Shown here: positions 28,601 to 37,136 of the stretch, in pieces
Numbering within the stretch: position 1 is the stretch's first letter
How the letters are laid out: each line of letters begins with the position of its first letter
From: Promethearchaeota archaeon
GTDB lineage: Archaea; Asgardarchaeota; Lokiarchaeia; Sigyniarchaeales; SOKP01
DNA: 64,000 bases
Assembly: GCA_019058245.1 (NCBI GenBank)
Contig: JAHPZJ010000030.1
Location: 160,001-224,000, forward strand
Direction: 5' to 3'
Made by a program: the position numbers and the translations under genes
Notes under the pieces: generated by a model
What the model was told of the DNA's origin: nothing
The model's database searches: none
The model's input: only the letters and a program-made list of their open reading frames with translations

Positions 28601-30736
28601 TCACCATTGTTTTCTTTTTTCATATCTAGATCTTATAACAAATGCTACTCCATATAATATTAATACTAGTAATAATAATGTCAAGGCTGTACCAGCAGCT
28701 TCTTCTACAGAGAATAATGCTTCAGTGAGTAATCTATATAAATGGTAAGTTAGAGCCATTACTGGTTGAAAAATAGACAAGGTAATAATATATCTAGAAG
28801 TTGTTCTAACAGCCGTAAACATAATTGGAGCCGTTTCTCCTGCACTTCTTCCCATTCCTAAGACGGCACCTGTAACAATTCCTGGTAATGCAGCAGGTAA
28901 TACAATTTTACTTATTCCCTGCCATTTACTTGATCCTAAAGCTAAACTTCCTTCTCTAAACGACGGGGGAATTGCTTTAACTGCTTCTTCTGTAGTTCTT
29001 ATTATTGTAGGAAGAATCATTAGACCTAAAGTTAACATTCCTGCTATTAGTGACTTTTGTAGTCCAAAAACTACTAGAAAGAGCACAACTCCAAATAAAG
29101 CAAATACTATTGAAGGGGTACCATTTAAATTATCAATTCCAGAACGTATAATTTTTGTAACTTTGTTATCCCTTGCATATTCAGAAAGATAAATCCCAGC
29201 ACACATACCAAGGGGTAAAGCAAAAGCAATAGATCCTAAGGTAAGTTGAATAGTACCTGTGATTGCTGGGAGTATTCCTCCTTCCATTGAACTAGCCGTA
29301 AGAAAATTAGGTCGATATGAGTCTTCCATTCCAGGAATTCTTATTAATACAGGAATACCGTTAGCGATAATATAATACAAGAGTGTTCCTACAGCAATTA
29401 CAGCAAATGAAGAACATAAATATACAATTATAAACCAAAATTTTTCTTGACCAACAGTAGAAATTCTTTTAAATATAAGCCTAGTTCCAATAATTAATGC
29501 AATTACAATAACAGTTAGAAATATTCCAATCCAAGTACTAAGTACCCATCCTGCAAATAACAAAATTACTCCATATAGTATCCATTTCTTTTGATTTTTT
29601 GGTACTATAGTATACATTTGGAAAGTTAACCCTAATCCTATACAAATTATTGCTCCGACAACTTTAGAAATCATATCAGGTAATATGATAGCTATAAAGA
29701 CAGAGATAATTAAAGCTATTAGCAAAATTCTATATTTTAAAACTTGACTATATATCTTAGATTCTTTAAGATTCACATGTTTTTCTTTTACTTTTTCTCC
29801 TGTAAATTTTCTCTGAATTCTATTTAAAATAACATTTGCAATTGTATTTACCATCAATGTCATTATAAATAATGTTATTCCTAATGCAAAATAACTCCTC
29901 CATTCTATGCTACCAGTCTCAGTTGGTCCCAAACCTAATCCAATAGTTGAAGTAATTACCGCCACACATGAGAACATGTTTGTTAATGGTTCAGGGAAAA
30001 CTTTACAATTACCGATTACTAACATCATTGCCATAGTTTCACCTAAAGCTCTACCGATACCTAAAACTAGGGCAGCTGTAATACCAGACATACCTGCAGG
30101 TATCACTACCTTACGAATAGTTTGCCATTTTGTTGCTCCCATAGCATATGAAGCCTCTCTATAATAATCTGGAACTGCCCTGATTGAATCTTCACAGACC
30201 GATACAATTGTAGGTAAAGCCATTATTGCTAATATTAAAGATCCTGATAACCATGTATTTCCATGATGTAAACCAAATAAATCTCTTATTATTATATTCA
30301 AGACCACAAGACCAAAGAAACCAAAGACAATTGAAGGAATACCAGCAAGAATTTCTATGGTAAATTTAAGAACTTTCCTAAGTTTTGGTGGAGCTAACTC
30401 AGCAAGAAATATGGCAGTCATTAATCCCAGGGGTAATGCGATGATTATAGCTCCGAAAGTAACTAAAAGAGTATCAACAATGATAGGTAAAGCACCAAAA
30501 TCTCCATGCGAAGGAAGCCAATTTGTCCCTAAAAGAAATTCTGTGAGAGATACTTCAGTAAAGAAAGGGCCTCCAATCACAAATAAAAAAATTATTATTA
30601 AAAAAACAAAAATAGTTGCAATGGAGGCAATGAAAAATAGAATTATCTTGATAAGTTTATCTCTGTCTTTTTTTAAATAAGAATAATCTTCATCCTCTAT
30701 AAACACCTCATTTTCGAAAGTAGTTTCTGTGGACAT
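28601..30736 (-). CDS. pstCA: Fused phosphate ABC permease PstC-PstA
   Basis: N-half LAGIPSIVFG...GRALGETMA (PstC); C-half GTPSIVFALFG...GRSAGETAP (PstA); no intervening stop. Confidence 0.92.
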   Translation of the reverse strand: MSTETTFENEVFIEDEDYSYLKKDRDKLIKIILFFIASIATIFVFLIIIFLFVIGGPFFTEVSLTEFLLGTNWLPSHGDFGALPIIVDTLLVTFGAIIIALPLGLMTAIFLAELAPPKLRKVLKFTIEILAGIPSIVFGFFGLVVLNIIIRDLFGLHHGNTWLSGSLILAIMALPTIVSVCEDSIRAVPDYYREASYAMGATKWQTIRKVVIPAGMSGITAALVLGIGRALGETMAMMLVIGNCKVFPEPLTNMFSCVAVITSTIGLGLGPTETGSIEWRSYFALGITLFIMTLMVNTIANVILNRIQRKFTGEKVKEKHVNLKESKIYSQVLKYRILLIALIISVFIAIILPDMISKVVGAIICIGLGLTFQMYTIVPKNQKKWILYGVILLFAGWVLSTWIGIFLTVIVIALIIGTRLIFKRISTVGQEKFWFIIVYLCSSFAVIAVGTLLYYIIANGIPVLIRIPGMEDSYRPNFLTASSMEGGILPAITGTIQLTLGSIAFALPLGMCAGIYLSEYARDNKVTKIIRSGIDNLNGTPSIVFALFGVVLFLVVFGLQKSLIAGMLTLGLMILPTIIRTTEEAVKAIPPSFREGSLALGSSKWQGISKIVLPAALPGIVTGAVLGMGRSAGETAPIMFTAVRTTSRYIITLSIFQPVMALTYHLYRLLTEALFSVEEAAGTALTLLLLVLILYGVAFVIRSRYEKRKQW

Positions 30737-30985
30737 AGATTTGCGAAATTCTCATTTCTAGTATTTAATTTTTATAGAAGTGAAATTTAGACTTAATATA
30801 TTGATAATCCTCATAGAATATATTCGAATATTTACTCTATATAAAATATATAGTATTTTACAAATGGGACAAAATATCTATTTAGTGATTTATAGAATTA
30901 AGCCTAAATTGTGTAAAAAACAAATTATCTAAAAAAAATAATAAAAAAAATAAAGAATTAAGACCTTCTTATTTAAAATGCGATT

Positions 30986-31885
30986 TTATTTCCAAATTCG
31001 GATAAACCCTTCGGCTGCTACTTCTGCTTGTCCATGTGGACCATAAACAAAATCGATAAAAGCTTTAACCCATCCAGAAGCTGGTCCATTTGTGGTCAGA
31101 TGTAGAGATCTTGAAATTGGATAAGAACCATCCAATATAGTAGTTTCACTAGATGCAACTCCATTTATAGGAACTGCTATTACACTAGAATCAACATAAC
31201 CTAACCCACAATATCCAAAACCATATTGATTTGCCGCAACAGTTGTGACCATAACAATATTAGAAGCTACTTCTGTAAATCCAATAACTGAACTTTCATA
31301 TCCAGCATCATCTCCTAATTCTACATCAGTATCAGATAAAACTAATTCTTCAAATGTTGCTCTTGTTCCAGAACCATCAGCTCGGGTATGAACATCAATT
31401 GTCTCAGATGATAAAGAAACATCAATATCATTCCATGTATCATAAGTACCATTGTAGATTAAAAAGACCTGTTGCATAGTAAGACCATTTGTTTGTAACC
31501 ATAGAGCATCTGGATTACTAGCGTCTATAATCACTGCAATACCATCTTTCGCAAACTTATAATCTGTTAAATCATTACCTGCAGTTGTATTTTCGCTCGG
31601 TTTTATATTACGGGATGACATACCAATGTCATTTTGCCCGTCAATTGTGTCAGAGATACCATCTCCAGATCCTGTACCTGAAACAGAAATATCAACATTA
31701 GAATTTATCTCCATAAAATCGGCAGCACATGCAGTTATTATAGGCTCACATGTAGTGGAACCCGTGATAATGATCGATGATGTTCCTGCTCCAGAAGGAG
31801 TGACAAGGCTAGTAACTCCCCAACCGACGAAAAACATGGCAATCATACCAACAACAGCAATAATCCATATACCATTTTTTTCCAT
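30986..31885 (-). CDS. pstS: Phosphate ABC transporter substrate-binding protein
   Basis: GSTT, GSGDG, GMSSR, R..GSGTR..F, YPISR; N-terminal TM anchor. Confidence 0.94.
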   Translation of the reverse strand: MEKNGIWIIAVVGMIAMFFVGWGVTSLVTPSGAGTSSIIITGSTTCEPIITACAADFMEINSNVDISVSGTGSGDGISDTIDGQNDIGMSSRNIKPSENTTAGNDLTDYKFAKDGIAVIIDASNPDALWLQTNGLTMQQVFLIYNGTYDTWNDIDVSLSSETIDVHTRADGSGTRATFEELVLSDTDVELGDDAGYESSVIGFTEVASNIVMVTTVAANQYGFGYCGLGYVDSSVIAVPINGVASSETTILDGSYPISRSLHLTTNGPASGWVKAFIDFVYGPHGQAEVAAEGFIRIWK

Positions 31886-31994
31886 TTAATTTCACAAATT
31901 TTTATTTAAAGACTTTTTTTTTAAATTGTTTAATTAGAGGTATTACTGGGAAAATATAAGAAATCACGACATAGATTATGTAGCATTATTTACC

Positions 31995-32009
31995 CTATAT
32001 ATTCTATAG
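31995..32009 (-). promoter_or_regulatory. Putative phosphate-regulon box upstream of pstS
   Basis: Reverse complement reads CTATAGAATATATAG. Confidence 0.45.
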
Positions 32010-32160
32010 AGAAATTCTTTATTTGGAATCTTATTCTCGACAAATAATTATTATGAGATTAATAACCATTTTAGTCTAAATCAAAAATTCTAACTATATA
32101 GATTAAGAGAAATACAATTTTACTTTTTTGTCAATCTTTCTACTAATTAATAAAACATAA

Positions 32161-32195
32161 ATATAGATATAATATAGAATATATAGAGTATATAG
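32161..32195 (+). promoter_or_regulatory. Putative phosphate-regulon box upstream of the AbrB-PhoU regulator
   Basis: ATATAG at 32161, 32172, 32181 and 32190; the last three have a 9-bp period. Confidence 0.5.
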
Positions 32196-32297
32196 TTGAA
32201 ATATAAAATTGATTAATTATTTATTCTATATAATTATTTTGCAGAAATAAAGACATTTATTAATCTATATAGATAAATTAAGAGATAAGGGAAATTT

Positions 32298-33302
32298 ATG
32301 TCATTTCATATAGAAACAAGAAAAGTACAAAAAACAGGAGGATCTTCCTATATTATATCTCTACCTAAAGTATGGATTGACAAACATGGGGTAGAAAAAA
32401 ATGATACTTTAGGAATATTATCACAACCAGATGGAAATTTGTTGATAACTCCTCAGATTGAAAATGAAAAAGGTATTAAGACAAAAGAGATCGTTGTTGA
32501 TGATTATAAGGATGAAAATTTTTTATTCCGGGTATTAATTGGAGCATATATTATGGGATTTTCTAGAATTGTATTAAAATCTAGTAAGAAATTTGAACCT
32601 TTAATGAGAGATACTATAACCAATTTCACTCAAATCGCAATAGGGCCAGAAATTATTGAAGAATCTAATAATTTCATTATGATTAAAGATTTACTAAATC
32701 CTAAAGAAATGCCTTTTGAAAAAACAATAAAAAGAATGTATATTCTTGTACAGGATATGCATGAGGATGCAATCGATGCTCTAGAAACAGGGAAAAGCGA
32801 ATTGGCTGAAGAAGTAATCAAAAGAGACGATGATGTTGACAGATTACATTGGTTGATTAGTCGTCAATCCCATATTGTATTGAGAGATATAATTCTTTGC
32901 CAGAAAATGGGGATAACTTTAGAACAAGCGAGTCATTATCAACAAATGAGTAGATTCCTTGAAAGAATTGGGGATCATGCTTCAAAGATAGCTAAAAATG
33001 TCTTAATTCTTTTAAAACAAAAAATTGATGATAAGTTAAAGGATGAACTAAAAGAAGTAAGTAAATTGTCACTAGATTTATTGAATAAAAGTCTTGATGC
33101 TTGGCTTCAGAAAAGTATTAGTTTAGCGAATGAAAATATTGAAGAGATAAAAATATTAATCTCAATCACAGAGAAGATAAGTCTTAATACAAATGTAAAT
33201 GTGCAAGTTTCAATGGCGATAGGATATATTATTGAAAGTATAAGAAGAACGGCAGAATACTCTGGAGATATTTCTGAAATAATAATTAATAATCTAGTAT
33301 AA
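32298..33302 (+). CDS. Archaeal phosphate uptake regulator (AbrB-type N-terminal DNA-binding domain plus PhoU domains)
   Basis: ETRKVQKTGGSSYIISLPKVW; RDDDVDRL; LERIGDHA; divergent from pstS. Confidence 0.92.
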   Translation: MSFHIETRKVQKTGGSSYIISLPKVWIDKHGVEKNDTLGILSQPDGNLLITPQIENEKGIKTKEIVVDDYKDENFLFRVLIGAYIMGFSRIVLKSSKKFEPLMRDTITNFTQIAIGPEIIEESNNFIMIKDLLNPKEMPFEKTIKRMYILVQDMHEDAIDALETGKSELAEEVIKRDDDVDRLHWLISRQSHIVLRDIILCQKMGITLEQASHYQQMSRFLERIGDHASKIAKNVLILLKQKIDDKLKDELKEVSKLSLDLLNKSLDAWLQKSISLANENIEEIKILISITEKISLNTNVNVQVSMAIGYIIESIRRTAEYSGDISEIIINNLV

Positions 33303-33493
33303 TTCCATAGTATTTATCTATATTAATCTTTACATAATTACTTCTGAATATATACTACGTGGAGTTGATTTATTATCTATTTTTTTTAATCCGTAGTAAA
33401 TTTCATAAATCCTTAGGGCTCTTTTGATTTTTTAAGTAAATAATCTTAAGCACAAAATAATATAAGAATATAGGTTTAAGGAGAATAAATTAT

Positions 33494-33667
33494 ATGTTAA
33501 ATCAAGTCCAACATAGAATAAGTAAATTAGAGCTCTCAATCAATCTTTTAGAAGAGCACTTGCGCAAATTTGGTCAACAAATAAAACCAGGACCTTTTAA
33601 ATTTATAAAATATCAAATTGAAAACATGAAACGTGAAATCCAGATAAGGCGAGATTATCCTATATAA
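33494..33667 (+). CDS. Small hypothetical protein (57 aa), not in the ORF track
   Basis: AGGAGA RBS; MLNQVQHRISKLELSINLLEEHLRKFGQQIKPGPFKFIKYQIENMKREIQIRRDYPI*; poly-T tract downstream. Confidence 0.65.
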   Translation: MLNQVQHRISKLELSINLLEEHLRKFGQQIKPGPFKFIKYQIENMKREIQIRRDYPI

Positions 33668-33842
33668 TATAAGAGTAGTTTTTTTCTATTTATTTCAATG
33701 TATAATTAAATTCCTAAAATTTCATATTTACTTCAACTATATATTAGTTCTTTTTTGATGAATTTATCGTTCGAATTATATATATAATAATATAAATAAT
33801 TATAACTCCAAATCTAAATTTATTAGAAAACTATTTTGTTTT

Positions 33843-35153
33843 TTGGTAGCTCTTATGGAAAATAATACAATAGAACTAAAAAAGTTCTATATTGGAATAT
33901 TTTCACTAACTTATTTCACTCAAGGTATTACACAGTCATTTTTTACCACAATTATACCAATTTATTTATTACAATTAATTACAACATTAGATGCTGGTAA
34001 GGTTTCTTCAGTTATGTCAATGATACTTCTTCCTTTTGGAGTGAAATTTATCTATGGGATACTTTCAGATAAATTTGGTTTAAAAAAAAGGGGAAGGAGA
34101 AAACCTTGGATAATTTTTCCTTCAATTATATCTGGTTTACTATGGATAATTCTTCCCTTTGTATTAACACCTAGTAATGCTATGTTAATGGTAACATTTC
34201 TGGGAGTTTTAATTGTTATTGGAGTGGCAATAGTAGACACTGCAATTGATGGTTTTATTCTCGATCTTTATCCTAAAGAAAGACTTGGACGAGTTCAAGG
34301 AATATGTTGGGGATTTAGATCTTTAGGAATTATTGCTGGTGGACCATTACTAATAGTACTTTTTTTAGGTTTGAGAAGTGTTGTAGAATTTTCTTTTATA
34401 ATATTAGGATTTGCAATGATTGTCTTTCCTTTTTTAGTTTTAATTATAAGAGAAACAAAAAAGCCATTATCCATAAATGCATTTAAAAATCTGAAAGAAA
34501 TTTTTTATGCGCGTAAAAATTGGAAAGTATTTGGTTTTTCATTATTTAATGCAATTAGTGATGGGGTAATTTTTGTAATTCTACCACTTTTTGTTCTCAT
34601 TCAATGGGGGTTAGTTGGAGCTACAGGATCTGAAATTGTTCTTATTGAAAATTTTAATTTATATGCTCCGAACGCTCTAGTTGCTTTGATTATTGGTTTA
34701 GGTATTATTATTGGATCTTTAATTGGAGGAAGAATTGCAGATCTAAAATCTCGAAAACGTAGTGTTTATTATTCTATCATTATTGAAACAGTCTGTTTTC
34801 TACTTTTTCTAATTCCAGTGCCCTGGTATATTTTATTGATATTTTCATTATTTATAGGAATTGCCTCTGGTTGGAAATATTCCGCATATTCAGCTGTAAT
34901 TGGTCAGGAATCACAACTTTATCCTGAAATGGACAGTTCCTATTATGCAACCTGTAGTTCTTTTACTAATTTAGGTACTACATTAGGATTACAACTCACA
35001 AGTATTTTATTCTTAAGTTTCGCTGGTCTCTCGGTATTTGTAACTTATGCGTTTATTTTTTTAATAATGGGAATCTTAATTAATGTAGATCTGCTTCCCT
35101 TTAATTTCATGGATCCTAAGGAATATGAGATAAATAGAGCGTTAATTGAATAA
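33843..35153 (+). CDS. MFS transporter (AmpG/BT1-like); start probably ATG at 33855
   Basis: About 12 TM segments; K..YG..SDKF...GRRKPW; D.AIDG; GGRIAD. Confidence 0.88.
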   Translation: MVALMENNTIELKKFYIGIFSLTYFTQGITQSFFTTIIPIYLLQLITTLDAGKVSSVMSMILLPFGVKFIYGILSDKFGLKKRGRRKPWIIFPSIISGLLWIILPFVLTPSNAMLMVTFLGVLIVIGVAIVDTAIDGFILDLYPKERLGRVQGICWGFRSLGIIAGGPLLIVLFLGLRSVVEFSFIILGFAMIVFPFLVLIIRETKKPLSINAFKNLKEIFYARKNWKVFGFSLFNAISDGVIFVILPLFVLIQWGLVGATGSEIVLIENFNLYAPNALVALIIGLGIIIGSLIGGRIADLKSRKRSVYYSIIIETVCFLLFLIPVPWYILLIFSLFIGIASGWKYSAYSAVIGQESQLYPEMDSSYYATCSSFTNLGTTLGLQLTSILFLSFAGLSVFVTYAFIFLIMGILINVDLLPFNFMDPKEYEINRALIE

Positions 35154-35283
35154 AGAAATTGATTTTCAAAATTTTTTTAATTTTTTCTATCATTAATTAA
35201 ATTTGTGTTCCTTTTTCGTAATGTTTTTATTATTTAGATTATGATTATTCTAATACATTTCTTAACCCAATTTTAAAAAGTAG

Positions 35284-36474
35284 GTGTTTTCAATTAAATT
35301 AGAATATTCTGAAAGATATAAAAGACTTCCAACCTATATTTTTGTTGAGATAGAACAATTACTTTCAGAAAAAAGAAAAAAAGGGGTTGATATTATTCCT
35401 TTGGGAATAGGAGATCCTGATATTCCGACTCCTAATTTAATTATCAATGAATTAATAGATCAAGTGAAGAAACCAGAGAATCACCAATATCCCTCAAGCA
35501 TGGGAGAAGAAGATTTTAGAGAGGGCGTTGCTAACTGGTATAAGACTAGATTTCATGTTGATTTAGATCCAAAAGAAGAGATTTCAAATATAATTGGAGG
35601 AAAAGAAGGCGTAGCTAACATTGCTAGAGCATTTGTGAATCCAGGAGATATAGTTCTCTGTCCTAATCCCGGATATCCTGTTTATGAGAACGGAGCAACA
35701 AAATTATGTGATGCCTATCCACATTCAATGCCACTTTTAAAAGAGAACGATTTTTTGCCGGACTTAGATATTATTGATACAAAAATTCTTAAAAAAGCAA
35801 AATTAATGTATTTGAACTATCCTAATAATCCTACTGGTGCGATTGCACCAAAAGAATACCTAAAAAAAGTGGTTGATTATGCTCAAGATTATAACTTTTT
35901 TATAGTTCATGATAATCCTTATTCAGAATTTACATTTGATGATTATATAGCACCTTCAATTTTACAAATAGATCAGAATCATGTTGAAATCAATAGTGCA
36001 TCTAAAATGTTTAATATGACAGGATTTCGATGTGGATGGATTGCTGGAAATAAAGAAATAATACAAGGAATAAGAAAGATTAAATCTCAAATTGATTCAG
36101 GATGCCCTACTTTTATCCAGAGAGCCGTACTTAAAGGATTAAATGAGTATAACTCTCAAAAAAAACCAGAAATAGTTGAGAAAACAGTAAAAATATATGA
36201 AAAACGCAGAGATACTATGATTAAAGGATTAAATAATATTGGTTGGTTAACAAATACACCTCAAGCAACGTTTTACGTCTGGATTCAAATACCTGATAAA
36301 TATCTTAATAAAGGTTGTATGAATTTTGTAAAATCTTTAATAGAAGTTGGAGTTGTTCTCACTCCAGGGATTGGATTTGGTCAATATGGGGAGGGTTTTG
36401 TTAGAATAGCTTTAACACAGTCAGAACACCGTATAAAAGAAGCAATAGAACGAATTGATAAAGTGATAAATTAA
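35284..36474 (+). CDS. dapL: PLP-dependent class I/II aminotransferase, LL-diaminopimelate aminotransferase-like
   Basis: LGIGDPD.PTP, GGKEG, PGYPVY, NYPNNPTG, D..Y, S.SK.FNMTG.R.G. Confidence 0.72.
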   Translation: MFSIKLEYSERYKRLPTYIFVEIEQLLSEKRKKGVDIIPLGIGDPDIPTPNLIINELIDQVKKPENHQYPSSMGEEDFREGVANWYKTRFHVDLDPKEEISNIIGGKEGVANIARAFVNPGDIVLCPNPGYPVYENGATKLCDAYPHSMPLLKENDFLPDLDIIDTKILKKAKLMYLNYPNNPTGAIAPKEYLKKVVDYAQDYNFFIVHDNPYSEFTFDDYIAPSILQIDQNHVEINSASKMFNMTGFRCGWIAGNKEIIQGIRKIKSQIDSGCPTFIQRAVLKGLNEYNSQKKPEIVEKTVKIYEKRRDTMIKGLNNIGWLTNTPQATFYVWIQIPDKYLNKGCMNFVKSLIEVGVVLTPGIGFGQYGEGFVRIALTQSEHRIKEAIERIDKVIN

Positions 36475-36521
36475 TTAATTTAAAAAAAGTTAATAAAATA
36501 TTAAGGAATCTTATTTTTTTT

Positions 36522-36701
36522 TTAGTCCAGTCTTTTTTTCATTTTTAGTCTCAAGGCTTCTAGTCTTCTCTCATCTTTTGCCTCAAGACTTTCTGAAAAA
36601 TCATTAGGAATGTCAATAGACATCATGACTGGAGCTTTATAAGAATCCCAATCTTTATAATAATCCAATATTAGATCAATTTCACTTGATTCTTCCTCCA
36701 A
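36522..36701 (-). CDS. Small protein (59 aa, TTG start), not in the ORF track
   Basis: GGAGGTGA RBS at 36708-36715; MEEESSEIDLILDYYKDWDSYKAPVMMSIDIPNDFSESLEAKDERRLEALRLKMKKRLD*. Confidence 0.7.
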   Translation of the reverse strand: MEEESSEIDLILDYYKDWDSYKAPVMMSIDIPNDFSESLEAKDERRLEALRLKMKKRLD

Positions 36702-36733
36702 GAATTTTCACCTCCATTTTTTATTGAAGCCTT

Positions 36734-36893
36734 CACAAGGAGAATTAAATCTACAATTGACCAATTTCAAATAAATTTCATTGAGTTGTAGTTATAAAAG
36801 AGAACAAATCAGGAAAAATTATAAGAAAGAGGTCAAGAGTTTTGATTTATTCTCTCTTAATACCACGGATTACCGGTAATACCTTACCTTGTG
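36734..36893 (-). ncRNA. Candidate structured 5' leader (multi-stem junction) of the small ORF
   Basis: Closing helix CACAAGG/CCTTGTG enclosing three hairpins; TTTATATA box at 36957-36964 on the minus strand. Confidence 0.4.
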
Positions 36894-37136
36894 TCTTACA
36901 CCAATAATCCATAGTATAATGTGAAAAACTCATTATTTAAAATAAGTTTGAATAGCTATATAAATCTTCCCATTCCAATCCCATTTATCAAATTATTTTT
37001 AATTTCAATAATTTTTCTCAAGGAATTAAGGAAAGAATAATTATAATGACCTTGTTTTATAGCAAATAAACTAATGATAAATTTATTAACATATATTTTT
37101 ATTATCTTCAAAATAAATTAAAAGATTTATTGGGCG

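Noticed and set aside
32161-32210. ATATAG repeats considered as a CRISPR array or microsatellite
   Set aside because: Units are too short, there are no spacers or cas genes, and they are better explained as regulator sites
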